Position numbers and translations under genes: made by a program | Notes under the pieces: generated by a model | Seen by the model: only the letters and a program-made list of their open reading frames with translations | Database searches by the model: none | What the model was told of the DNA's origin: nothing | Source: Actinomycetota bacterium | Lineage (GTDB): Bacteria > Actinomycetota > UBA4738 > JBBDTT01 | NCBI GenBank assembly: GCA_040904285.1 | Contig: JBBDTT010000181.1 | Coordinates: 1-27,068, forward strand | Reading direction: 5' to 3' | DNA: 27,068 nucleotides | Shown: positions 1 to 8,693 of the stretch, in pieces | Layout: every line of letters begins with the position of its first letter | Numbering within the stretch: the stretch's first letter is position 1

Positions 1-2
1 CT

Positions 3-143
3 CTCGACGCGCTGTGGCCGATCCCGCTGATCGCGGTTGGCCTGGCCATCGCATTCGCGGCGGCCAGGCCGAGACGGTCCGGCCGCGACCCCAGGGACGA
101 ATCTGGTCAGGGCTCGGGCGGGAGGGACTCGTCCCGAGCCTAA
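3..143 (+). CDS. 3' end of a membrane protein (partial, runs off the left edge)
   Basis: Frame from position 3 reads LDALWPIPLIAVGLAIAFAAARPRRSG...SRA*, a hydrophobic TM-like helix followed by a basic tail. Stop TAA at 141-143, followed by a second TAA. Confidence 0.6.
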   Translation, partial: LDALWPIPLIAVGLAIAFAAARPRRSGRDPRDESGQGSGGRDSSRA

Positions 144-285
144 TAATCGGGCCCGATGAGAGCTGCCGGAAGGCCACCAGGGCTCCCGCATCACCCAAAC
201 CCCACGAGTCGCTGGGTCAATGTCTGGACTTCAGGGTCCGACTGAGTTCGGATCAGGGGCACAGACGCAAGGCCGCGTAGCCGCT

Positions 286-378
286 ATCTTCGACCGAAAC
301 GTGGGACTCGAGGGCGTCCCGGACGGCTATCGGGCGATGGCCGACCGTGAGTCGATCAAGGTCATGGTGACGCCATGA
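286..378 (+). pseudogene. C-terminal relic of a zinc-dependent alcohol dehydrogenase (MDR family)
   Basis: Translates as IFDRNVGLEGVPDGYRAMADRESIKVMVTP*, matching the typical MDR/Zn-ADH C-terminus (VFD...GYRAM..R..IKV). No ADH-like sequence or start codon is recognisable upstream. Confidence 0.6.
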
Positions 379-390
379 AGGGACCCGAGC

Positions 391-404
391 CTGCCGCGCG
401 GCAG
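391..404. terminator. GC-rich palindrome, possible terminator hairpin
   Basis: Perfect palindrome CTGCCGCGCGGCAG 12 nt after the ADH-relic stop. No U-tract. Confidence 0.3.
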
Positions 405-587
405 TAGGCCAACGACCTGAGGCCCACGAAGACGCTCGTTACGGGACCGGCGGAAAGCGTCGTTCCAGCCGAGCAAGGTCGTGCAAGACGGACCGTCGCC
501 GCCTGGGTCTGGGGGTTCGAATGGGTCCTGCCGAGGGCACAGCGACGCCCGGCGAGACGCTATTCGAACCCCGTTATTCGCTCGACC

Positions 588-1490
588 TCACGAGGCGCGT
601 CGGTCCGCAGCCTCCTTGGATCCCGACCTGCGGCCGGCACGCTTGAGCTCGTCGACGAACTTCAGCGCCTCCCGACGGACGTGATCCGACAGCCGCGGAT
701 CGATGATGCTCTTGATCCTGGCCGCCTCGATATCACGTGCCGCCTTGGTCTTGAAGTCGAGGATCAGCTCCGCGGCGCTCAGCACCTCGTCCATCTCGGG
801 GTTCTTCGTGAGGGCCTTGGCGACCGTCCCGGGCGCCTTGACGAGGGCTTTCACCGAGCCCCCCGGCCCCGGCGTCAGCGACGAGAAGACCTTGCTGGCG
901 TTCATGGCCTCATCGATCAGGTCGAACTCATCCGGGTCCAGCAAGTGGGCGACGAACCGGGCGTGCTCGTCCATGATGTTGCTCCAGAAGGGCACGACCT
1001 CTTCCCGCTCGTACTCGGACTCGCGTCCGCCGAGCTGCTCGAGCCGGCGAACCCAGCGCTCGGCCTCGTGGCGGGTGTGATCGAAGAAGAGCGGCCAGAC
1101 GAGGCTCCGCAGGGTGCCGTTGCGCTGCGCGTCGCCGAGCGTGGCCTTGTACTCGATGAACGGCTTGATCTTGTCGACGATGCCCTTCGTGAATCGGGAA
1201 AGGCTGCCGGCATCGGGCGGGCCGGCTGCATCGACCTGCTGATGGAGCCGCTCGAAGTCCCGCGAGAACCGCAAGGCCTGGGTCCGCTCCTGGGGGGCGA
1301 GCTCCTTCGGCATCAGCAGGGCGAAGAACAGGCCGTGCTCGGACATGATGTCGGTCGCGAAGCGGGCGTCTGCCCAGGCGTGATGGGTCGGGTCCTGGTC
1401 GTCCTCGCGGGGCACGACGACCGGCTTCTCGAACGGCTTCTCCACCCGTCGGTTGCCGCTGCGCGTGTACGTCGTGAAACCACGGATCAT
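588..1490 (-). CDS. DUF2935 domain-containing protein (two repeats)
   Basis: Repeated motifs IMSEHGLFFALLMP / IMDEHARFVAHLLDP and DHTRHEA / DHVRREA. ATG at 1490 is preceded by an AGAGGGGG SD-like sequence. Confidence 0.8.
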   Translation of the reverse strand: MIRGFTTYTRSGNRRVEKPFEKPVVVPREDDQDPTHHAWADARFATDIMSEHGLFFALLMPKELAPQERTQALRFSRDFERLHQQVDAAGPPDAGSLSRFTKGIVDKIKPFIEYKATLGDAQRNGTLRSLVWPLFFDHTRHEAERWVRRLEQLGGRESEYEREEVVPFWSNIMDEHARFVAHLLDPDEFDLIDEAMNASKVFSSLTPGPGGSVKALVKAPGTVAKALTKNPEMDEVLSAAELILDFKTKAARDIEAARIKSIIDPRLSDHVRREALKFVDELKRAGRRSGSKEAADRRAS

Positions 1491-1551
1491 GCCGATCCCC
1501 CCTCTGGGCGCTCCATACCGCCTCCCCCTCGGCCGGCCTTCCACGGCTCGT

Positions 1552-1761
1552 TCATGACTCGTTGTAGTCCTTCTTGGGCTGGTCCAGGTCGCCGGCTCGC
1601 TGCTGGATCTCGATCAGCTCCAGCAGGTTCTTCTTGGCCTCGGCCACGCCGGCATGTTTGATGGTGTCCGTCTGTCCAGCCTTCTTGAGATCGTCCTCGA
1701 CGATGTTGGCTGGATCGCCGTGGGCCTCATACGGAAGCTTGCAGCCGCACGTGTAGCACAT
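1552..1761 (-). CDS. Small hypothetical protein with N-terminal CxxCxC + His motif (putative metal binding)
   Basis: MCYTCGCKLPYEAHGD..., SD-like AAAGGGA upstream, GC-rich third codon positions, co-oriented with DUF2935. Confidence 0.75.
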   Translation of the reverse strand: MCYTCGCKLPYEAHGDPANIVEDDLKKAGQTDTIKHAGVAEAKKNLLELIEIQQRAGDLDQPKKDYNES

Positions 1762-1968
1762 GGCTCATCCCTTTCTCGAGTCGCGGCACAGAGTCGCCCG
1801 GCCGGACCTCCACCGCGTGTGCGAGGATCGCCCGTCGAGGAGAAGCGGGGAAGGAGAACCTTGAACCGACAACTCGGCCATCGCCGAGGCCCCTCACCGG
1901 GCGCTGTGGACCTGCGCTTGAGACCGTACCTTCCCCACGGGCTACCGGGCAAACTTCAGTAGACTCGT

Positions 1969-2580
1969 ATGTGTGCTGATTCGGCGCGACGCGGCAAGTA
2001 CCGGCTCCGGCGGCGGGCCGAAACGATGCTCCAGACCCGCCGCCGAATCGCCGAGGCCGCGCTGGAGCTCCATGCAAGCGTCGGGCCGGCCGAAACCACC
2101 ATCGCCGCCATCGCCGAGCGGGCGGGTGTGCAGCGCCAGACGGTCTATCGCCACTTTCCGGATGACCTCGCCCTGTTCGAGGGTTGTGTTGAGCTTCAGG
2201 TGAGCAAGGACCCGCCGCCCGACCCCGAGCCTTGGCGGCAGATCGCCGACCCGCGGGAACGCCTCACAGTCGCCCTCGCCGACGTCTACGCCTATTTCCG
2301 AAGAGGCGAGAACATCTTGGCGAACATCTCGCGCGACATGCCGGCGTTGCCCGCGCTCCGGCAAGCCCATGAGGGCGTCACCGAGCACTGGGTCACGCTC
2401 CGGGACGTGCTGGCCGAGGGATGGGGAGTTCGCGGACCGCGCCGCACCATGCTCGTGGCCGCAATCGGCCACGCCTTGGAGTTCACCACCTGGCAGTCGC
2501 TCGTTCGACGACAAGGCCTGTCGGCCAAGAAGGCCATCGCGGTCATGGAAGAGTTCATCGCCTCGATCGTGGGTTCATGA
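1969..2580 (+). CDS. TetR/AcrR family transcriptional regulator
   Basis: N-terminal HTH: RRRIAEAALELHASVGPAETTIAAIAERAGVQRQTVYRHFPD. Confidence 0.9.
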   Translation: MCADSARRGKYRLRRRAETMLQTRRRIAEAALELHASVGPAETTIAAIAERAGVQRQTVYRHFPDDLALFEGCVELQVSKDPPPDPEPWRQIADPRERLTVALADVYAYFRRGENILANISRDMPALPALRQAHEGVTEHWVTLRDVLAEGWGVRGPRRTMLVAAIGHALEFTTWQSLVRRQGLSAKKAIAVMEEFIASIVGS

Positions 2581-2593
2581 ACCGTATCTGTGG

Positions 2594-3070
2594 CTAGGCC
2601 TCCCCCAACCGATCCTGCCAATACTTCTTCCGTGCGAGGCGCCACTGATCGGCGGCCGCGTTCACGTCGGCGGCTCGCGGACCCGAACTGAGCCATTCGA
2701 GCAGGGCGGGAACCGCGTCTCGCCACGCCACGCCCGGCGGCCACTGCCCGGGCAGCGGTTCTTCGAGTGGCCACGGCGCCGGATCCAGCGCCCGTTGGTC
2801 ACCCGTCATCGCCGCCAGGAGAACGTCCAGCGGCTGGGTGTTCATGCCGTCCGGTTGGATATCGCACGTCCATTGCGAGCGGTCCCGGACGATGGTCACG
2901 GTCTCGGCTCCGCCTCGCGCGAGCTCCACGACGACGTCGCCGAATCCGGCGTCCGGGCCTCCCGCGGTCCGCTCGAGGACGAATCCGTTCGCGACGAGCC
3001 AGTCCAGCGTCGCCCGCACGTCGTCGTTGGCGGCCTCGCGCGCGTACTCGAATACCTCGTTGGTGGCCAT
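2594..3070 (-). CDS. Hypothetical protein (158 aa)
   Basis: MATNEVFEYAREAANDDVRATLDWLVANGF... fills the gap between TetR and SDR with protein-like composition. The upstream part of the 349-aa ORF is the antisense shadow of the SDR. Confidence 0.65.
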   Translation of the reverse strand: MATNEVFEYAREAANDDVRATLDWLVANGFVLERTAGGPDAGFGDVVVELARGGAETVTIVRDRSQWTCDIQPDGMNTQPLDVLLAAMTGDQRALDPAPWPLEEPLPGQWPPGVAWRDAVPALLEWLSSGPRAADVNAAADQWRLARKKYWQDRLGEA

Positions 3071-3133
3071 CGGATCCCGCTCCCGATCGGGCAGTATGGA
3101 GGCCTTGAACCGACCCGGAAGGATCAGGCAAGC

Positions 3134-3970
3134 ATGAGCTCCGCCGAGCCGCCGGCCGATCGCCCTCGGGGGTCGCGCCTCGAAGGGAAGGCCGCGGTGA
3201 TCGTGGGGGCCGGGCAGACCCCCGGCGCCACGATCGGCAACGGCCGCGCCACCGCGCTGCGCTTCGCCCAGGAAGGGGCGCACCTGCTGCTCGTGGACAG
3301 AGACGACACCTCGGTGAAGGAAACCGAGGCGATGATCCTCGACGCGGGAGGTCGGGCCGAGGTCGTGGTGGTCGACATCGCCGGGCCGGACGGGCCCGCG
3401 GAGGTCCGTTCGCGCGCGCTGGAGGCGCTCGGACGCATCGACATCCTGCACCACAACGTGGGTATCGGCGCCGGAGACAACACCCCGACGAAGCTCACCG
3501 AAGAGGCGTGGGATCGGATCATCGACGTGAACCTGCGGGCGATGTGGCGAACGTGCAAGGAGATCGTCCCCATCATGCGCGCGCAGAACAGCGGCGCCAT
3601 CGTGTGCGTCTCGTCCATCGCGGCGGTGGCGTCGGCGCCTCATCTCACCGCGTACAAGGTGTCGAAGGCCGGCGTGAATGCGCTGGTGCAGTCCCTCGCG
3701 ATGACGAACGCTCGCTACGGCATAAGAGTGAACGCGATCATGCCCGGGCTGATCGAGACCCCAATGGCCGTGGACGCCGCGGCACAGGCATTCAACCTCT
3801 CGCGCGACGAGGTCGCGCGCGCACGCGACGCGATGGTCCCCCTCGGGAACAAGCAGGGCACCGCGTGGGACGTCGCGAACGCGGCCCTGTTCCTCGCCTC
3901 GGACGAGGCGGCGTTCATCACCGGGGTCTGCCTCCCCGTCGACGGCGGGCAGAGCGCGAAGGTGGGCTGA
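3134..3970 (+). CDS. Short-chain dehydrogenase/reductase (SDR, FabG-like)
   Basis: Gly-rich cofactor loop VIVGAGQTPGATIGNGRA, NVG, SS, YxxxK (YKVSK), IRVNAIMPG, ITGVCLPVDGG. Confidence 0.92.
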   Translation: MSSAEPPADRPRGSRLEGKAAVIVGAGQTPGATIGNGRATALRFAQEGAHLLLVDRDDTSVKETEAMILDAGGRAEVVVVDIAGPDGPAEVRSRALEALGRIDILHHNVGIGAGDNTPTKLTEEAWDRIIDVNLRAMWRTCKEIVPIMRAQNSGAIVCVSSIAAVASAPHLTAYKVSKAGVNALVQSLAMTNARYGIRVNAIMPGLIETPMAVDAAAQAFNLSRDEVARARDAMVPLGNKQGTAWDVANAALFLASDEAAFITGVCLPVDGGQSAKVG

Positions 3971-3976
3971 GCGGGT

Positions 3977-4537
3977 CTACGGGAACTCGGGGAGGCCGGG
4001 CTCCGGCTCCACGCCCAGGGAGTTGAGTGTGAACGCGGCCAGGTGGTACTGCCCGACGACCATGCAGACCTCGATGAGCTGCCTGCGGTCGTAGAACGCG
4101 GCGAGCCGCTGCCACGTCGCGTCGGAGATCACCGAATCCGCGTGGAGCTCGTCGGCGGCATCGAGCAGCGCGATCTCGCTCTCGGACCATCCCTGCCGGT
4201 CGTTTCCGGCGAGCCGCTCGATCTCGTGCTCCGTCAGCCCGGCATTCAGTCCCAACCCCACGTGCTGGCCCCACTCGTACTCCGCCCGGCAGTGCATCGC
4301 GGTTCGCAGGATCAGCAGCTCGCGGTCGCGCGCGGGCAGCTCGCCTGCGAACAGCAGCGTTCCGCCGAACGCCGCCCATCGCTTCAGGAGCTTCGGATGA
4401 TGAGCAAGCGTCGAGAAGATGTTCATCTCCGAGCCGTCGGGGCGACGGAGCATGCCCGCGAGGAGCTCCTGCGTTCGCTCGTCTCGGTCACCCGGGGGGA
4501 CCGGGGGTATGCGTGGCGCCACGGGCGGAAGCATCAC
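3977..4537 (-). CDS. Carboxymuconolactone decarboxylase / AhpD-like family protein
   Basis: NIFSTLAHHP, LPARDRELLILRTA, CRAEYEWGQH, LLDAADELH, LIEVCMVVGQY. Start at 4537 or 4534. Confidence 0.85.
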   Translation of the reverse strand: MMLPPVAPRIPPVPPGDRDERTQELLAGMLRRPDGSEMNIFSTLAHHPKLLKRWAAFGGTLLFAGELPARDRELLILRTAMHCRAEYEWGQHVGLGLNAGLTEHEIERLAGNDRQGWSESEIALLDAADELHADSVISDATWQRLAAFYDRRQLIEVCMVVGQYHLAAFTLNSLGVEPEPGLPEFP

Positions 4538-4593
4538 ACGGTCGCTGATCCTCCGAGTCGCGCTCGGGTCCGGAGTCGGCGATCCTGTAGGCC

Positions 4594-5676
4594 ATGAAGC
4601 GAGCCGCGCCGCTCATCCTGGGGATCGCCGCCGTCGTGCTGGCGGCCGTCGTCGTGTTCGCGGTGGTCCGCCCCGAGGGAGGACCCGGGCCGGACCCGAC
4701 CGCCGGCTCCAGCACTCCCGCGACGTCGCCGGCCGGGAGCCCTCGGCCCGATGTCGGGATCGAGGACGCGCTGCCGCTTGGCACGATCGCGCCGGACTCC
4801 TTCCCGGAGGGCGACCCCTGCCCGGACGGCCATGCCTGCCGCCCGTTCCGTGTCGCCTGCCCGGGCGTCCGGGAGGACGCACGCGTTTCCATCGCGGTGG
4901 CCGAGCCGCGCGGAGAGGCGCGCGGCGCCGTCGCGCTGTTCTCCGGCGGCGGCGGCCGGGAATGGTGGGTCGACGAGGGCTCCACCGCGTCGTTCGTGTC
5001 GGACCTCCGCGACGAAGGCCTCGCCGTGGTGCAGATCCGCTGGAAGGACGAGTGGCTGGGCGCATCGTCCGGGGAGATGGCCGGCCCCCACCGGCTGGCC
5101 TGCCGGTCGGCCACCGCGATCCGCTGGATCCACGACGAGGTGTACGTGCCCCTCGGCCTTGCCGCCCCCGCTCCCGGCCGGTGCGGTTTCTGCCTGAGCG
5201 GCAGCAGCGGCGGCGCTTCGCAGATCACGTACGCGCTTGCGTTCTACGGCATCGCGGACCTGGTCGACGTCCTGGTGCCCACGGGGGGGCCGCCCCACGC
5301 CGCCCTCGCCCAGGGCTGCCTGCGCGACCCCGCGGAGGAGGCGTACTGGTACGCGGGCTCGAGCACCCAGACCATCGACACGTCCTGGGGCTTCCGCGGA
5401 GGCGGAGGCCCGTGCGTCTCGAACGACCCCGGCTTCCGCCCGCGGTGGCTCGAGGCCAGCGTCGACCTCGGCGGCAGCGACTACGCGTATCCCGAGACCC
5501 GCGTCCGGGTGATCATCGGCCAGCGCGACCGCGTCCGCCCCCACGCCGAGGATTACGTCGCGCGCCTGCGCGAGGACGGGACCGACGTGGCCCTGGAGAT
5601 CGTGCCCGGCATGGGGCACGCCATCGCGTCCTCGCCCGACGGCCTGGAGGTCCTCCGCCGGATCCTGGTCGCCTGA
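4594..5676 (+). CDS. Secreted or membrane-anchored alpha/beta-hydrolase-fold protein
   Basis: N-terminal signal/TM helix, Pro/Ser/Thr-rich linker, GxSxG elbow (SGSSGG), late Asp (GQRD) and His (GMGH). Confidence 0.7.
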   Translation: MKRAAPLILGIAAVVLAAVVVFAVVRPEGGPGPDPTAGSSTPATSPAGSPRPDVGIEDALPLGTIAPDSFPEGDPCPDGHACRPFRVACPGVREDARVSIAVAEPRGEARGAVALFSGGGGREWWVDEGSTASFVSDLRDEGLAVVQIRWKDEWLGASSGEMAGPHRLACRSATAIRWIHDEVYVPLGLAAPAPGRCGFCLSGSSGGASQITYALAFYGIADLVDVLVPTGGPPHAALAQGCLRDPAEEAYWYAGSSTQTIDTSWGFRGGGGPCVSNDPGFRPRWLEASVDLGGSDYAYPETRVRVIIGQRDRVRPHAEDYVARLREDGTDVALEIVPGMGHAIASSPDGLEVLRRILVA

Positions 5677-5686
5677 GCCCCGGGCC

Positions 5687-6523
5687 TCAGATCGCGCGCT
5701 TCCGGTACCGCCACACGGCGAGCGGCGCGAACACCGCGACGATCCCGACCATCCACAGGATCGCCGGGATCAGGTTGTCCGCCAGCGGCGGCTCACCCGG
5801 CCGGACCCCGAGCATGAGCCCCCGGGCGGCCTCGGCGACCTTCGTGATCGGGTTGGCCTCCGCGAAGGCCCGGAGCGGCCCCGGCATCGACGCGGCCGGG
5901 ACGAACACGGACGAGGCGAACGTTATCGGCAGGATGATCATGAACGCGCCCGTGTTCACGGCCTGGGGGCTCTTCGCCAGGATGCCGATGAACCCGAGCG
6001 GCCAGCACACGGTCATGCCCCACGCCCACACGAGCAGCACCGAGCCCACCGCGCCGCCCAGGCCGCCGGTGAAGCGGAACCCGAGCACCATGCCGAACCC
6101 GACGATTACGAACGTCCCCCACAGGATCAGGACGCTGTCGGCCATGATCCGGCCGGCGACCACCGACGAGCGGGCGATCGGCAGCGACCGGAACCGGTCG
6201 ATCAGCCCGTGCTCGAAGTCGTTGTTGAGCCCGAGCGCCGTGCTGAACCCCTGGAACGAGATGCCCTGGATCAGGATGCCGGGGAGGGCGAACTGCAAAT
6301 ACTCCCGCCAGCCGCCCTCGGCGATCGCCCCGCCGAACACGAAGACGAACAGCGTCAGGAACATGAGCGGCTGGACGGTGGCCCCGGTGAGCTGCTCGGG
6401 GTCCGACTTGATGCGGATCAGATTGCGGCGGGCGATGCTCGCCGCGTTGCGGATGGCCGTGCCCGGTCCGAGCCGGCGGGCCGCAGGGACGGCGGTGGTG
6501 GTGGCCGCGGTGGTGGCGCTCAT
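5687..6523 (-). CDS. ABC-2 transporter permease (DrrB-like)
   Basis: RNLIRIKSDPEQL...QPLMFLTLFVFVFGG, GLIDRFRSLPI, FASSVFVP...MPGPLRAFAEANP. ATG at 6523 overlaps the upstream TGA (ATGA). Confidence 0.88.
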   Translation of the reverse strand: MSATTAATTTAVPAARRLGPGTAIRNAASIARRNLIRIKSDPEQLTGATVQPLMFLTLFVFVFGGAIAEGGWREYLQFALPGILIQGISFQGFSTALGLNNDFEHGLIDRFRSLPIARSSVVAGRIMADSVLILWGTFVIVGFGMVLGFRFTGGLGGAVGSVLLVWAWGMTVCWPLGFIGILAKSPQAVNTGAFMIILPITFASSVFVPAASMPGPLRAFAEANPITKVAEAARGLMLGVRPGEPPLADNLIPAILWMVGIVAVFAPLAVWRYRKRAI

Positions 6524-7506
6524 GCCCGGCTCCTCTCCGGCTCGCGCTCGGGTTCCTCCGCCGGGGCGCTCTCGGCGGCGTGTCCCGTGAGGGACAGGAA
6601 CACCTCGTCCAGGCTCGCGCGGCGCAGGGCCAGGTCCTCGACCGTGACCCCCGCCTTCTCCAGGGCCAGCACGACGGGCCCGAGCACGGAGGGGTGGGCC
6701 ACCGAGGCGCTCACGAAGTCCTCCTCCTCGCGGAGGGAGCTCGCCGGCTCGGCGAACTCCCGCAGCACGCGGGCGGCCTTGCCGCAGTCGGCGATCGCGG
6801 GGTGGACCTCCAGGACCAGGCCGCCGACCTGGGCCTTGAGCTCGTCGGAGGTTCCCTCGGCGATCACCCGGCCGTGGTCGATCACGACGATGCGGTCGGA
6901 CAGCCGGTCGGCCTCGTCGAGGTACTGCGTGGTGAGCAGCACGGTCGTGCCGCCCGACACCAGCCCCCGGATGAGCTCCCACAGCTCGAGGCGGCTCCGC
7001 GGGTCGAGTCCGGTCGTGGGCTCGTCGAGGTAGAGGAACCGGGGGCGACCCACGAGGCTCGCCGCGAGGTCGAGCCGCCGGCGCATGCCGCCCGAATAGG
7101 TCTTCGCGATCTTGGTCGCGGCCTCGGAGAGGTCGAACGTCTCGAGGAGCTCGTCCGCCCGCGCCCTTGCCTCCGCCTTCGCGATCCCGAGGAGCCGCCC
7201 GATCATGTAGAGGTTCTCGCGGCCGGAGATCATCTCGTCGACTGCCGCGTACTGGCCGGCCAGCCCGATGAGGCTCCGCACGGCGTGCGGATCCTTCACG
7301 ACGTCGTAGCCACCGACGGTCGCCCGCCCGGCGTCGGGCTCGAGCAGCGTGGCCAGGATCCTGATCGTCGTGGTCTTGCCGGCCCCGTTCGGGCCGAGCA
7401 GGCCGAAGATCGATCCCTCGGGGATGGACAGGTTGACCCCGTCGACCGCCCGCACGTCTCCGAAGGTCTTGACGAGCCCCTCGGTCTCGATCGCCGCATT
7501 CGCCAT
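6520..7506 (-). CDS. ABC transporter ATP-binding protein (DrrA-like)
   Basis: Walker A GPNGAGKT, signature YSGGM, Walker B LYLDEPTTGLDP, H-loop TTQY. SD AAGGAGG upstream of ATG 7506. Confidence 0.92.
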   Translation of the reverse strand: MANAAIETEGLVKTFGDVRAVDGVNLSIPEGSIFGLLGPNGAGKTTTIRILATLLEPDAGRATVGGYDVVKDPHAVRSLIGLAGQYAAVDEMISGRENLYMIGRLLGIAKAEARARADELLETFDLSEAATKIAKTYSGGMRRRLDLAASLVGRPRFLYLDEPTTGLDPRSRLELWELIRGLVSGGTTVLLTTQYLDEADRLSDRIVVIDHGRVIAEGTSDELKAQVGGLVLEVHPAIADCGKAARVLREFAEPASSLREEEDFVSASVAHPSVLGPVVLALEKAGVTVEDLALRRASLDEVFLSLTGHAAESAPAEEPEREPERSRA

Positions 7507-7620
7507 CCGCGCCTCCTTCGCTCGCCCGGTCACAACCCTGGAACCGGCCGCGCGATTCCCAACCGAAGTTCGACCGCGCGAAGCCCCGACCGTATCGGAT
7601 CGGCCGGGAATCGCGACCCC

Positions 7621-8688
7621 TCAGGCTCGCGCGAAGCGGAACATCCGGTTCGCCAGCACGAACGAGACCACCACCCACCCGGCAAGCATCAGCAGTTGGG
7701 GACCGGTCTGGGTGATCGAGAGCCCGTCCACCGAGACCGTCCTCAGGGCTTCGAGCAGCGGGGTGAGGGGGAGCCACCGGACGACGGCCTGAACGACCTC
7801 GGGAAGGTCCTCGGTCGGGAAGAACACGCCCGAGAGGAACATCATCGGCAGCGCGACCGCCTGCGCGATGCCCTGGGCCGCGTCGGGGTTCGAGGCTCGG
7901 CCCGCGACGGCGAACCCGATGTTCAGGAACACCAGGTTCGCAACGGTGGCCAGCACGAAGATCCACAGCACGTTGCCGTAGACGTTCGCGCCGAACGCGA
8001 ACACCCCCACCGCCAGGATGAGGCCGGCCTGGAAGACCGACAGCACCAGCCGAGCCAGCACCTGGGACACCAGGAACTTCGACGGCCGGAGCGGCGTTGC
8101 CAGGATCCGCTTCAGGATCCGCTGCTCCCGGTACCGGGAGATCGAGATGGCCATGCCGGTGATCGCGAAGTTCATCACGCCCATCGCCACCAGGCCCGGG
8201 AGCAGGAAGTCGTAGTACTCGATCGAGCGGCCCTCGACGCCCACGGCCTCGATGGCCAGGGGCGGCCGGTCCACCCCGGCCAGACGCAGGTTCAAGCCGC
8301 CGACGATCCGCTCGATCGCCGACAGCGCGAACTGGTTCGACTCGAAGTTGCTCTGGTTGTAGAGGACGTCGATCCGGGCCGGACCGCGGGACGGCTTCGG
8401 CACCGCCAGCACGACGTCCAGATCGCCGTCGGTGACGTCCCCCCGGGCCGCGTCCAGGTTCGCGCGGGCCTCGACCTCGAAGGACTCCACCTCCCGCAGC
8501 CCGGACACCAGGGCGTCGCCGACGTCGGACTCCGACTCGGCGACCACGCCGATGGAGACCTCCGGCGCCTGGGAGAAGTCGAACAGGCCGAACACCACGG
8601 CGAAGATCACCGGGAACGCCATCGCCCAGAACAGGGCCTGCTTGTCGCGGTACAGCATCTTCACGCTCGCCACGAAGAGCCTGCGCAT
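7621..8688 (-). CDS. ABC-2 transporter permease with extracytoplasmic domain
   Basis: MRRLFVASVKMLYRDKQALFWAMAFP, YYDFLLPGLVAM, YREQRILKRILATP, FLSGVFFP. Alternative GTG start at 8697 (GTGA overlap). Confidence 0.88.
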   Translation of the reverse strand: MRRLFVASVKMLYRDKQALFWAMAFPVIFAVVFGLFDFSQAPEVSIGVVAESESDVGDALVSGLREVESFEVEARANLDAARGDVTDGDLDVVLAVPKPSRGPARIDVLYNQSNFESNQFALSAIERIVGGLNLRLAGVDRPPLAIEAVGVEGRSIEYYDFLLPGLVAMGVMNFAITGMAISISRYREQRILKRILATPLRPSKFLVSQVLARLVLSVFQAGLILAVGVFAFGANVYGNVLWIFVLATVANLVFLNIGFAVAGRASNPDAAQGIAQAVALPMMFLSGVFFPTEDLPEVVQAVVRWLPLTPLLEALRTVSVDGLSITQTGPQLLMLAGWVVVSFVLANRMFRFARA

Positions 8689-8693
8689 CGTAC

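Noticed and set aside
511-524. GGTTCGAAT resembling a tRNA T-loop (also GTTCGGATC near 246-254)
   Set aside because: The flanks do not form a T-stem, and no acceptor, D or anticodon arms or CCA end can be built.
681-1661. Long antisense or alternative-frame ORFs (e.g. 681-1661, 4419-6590, 6580-8847, 18658-20979, 18900-21215, 21080-22765)
   Set aside because: They are shadows of real genes in high-GC DNA: Arg/Pro/Gly-rich, no motifs, and opposite to well-supported CDSs.
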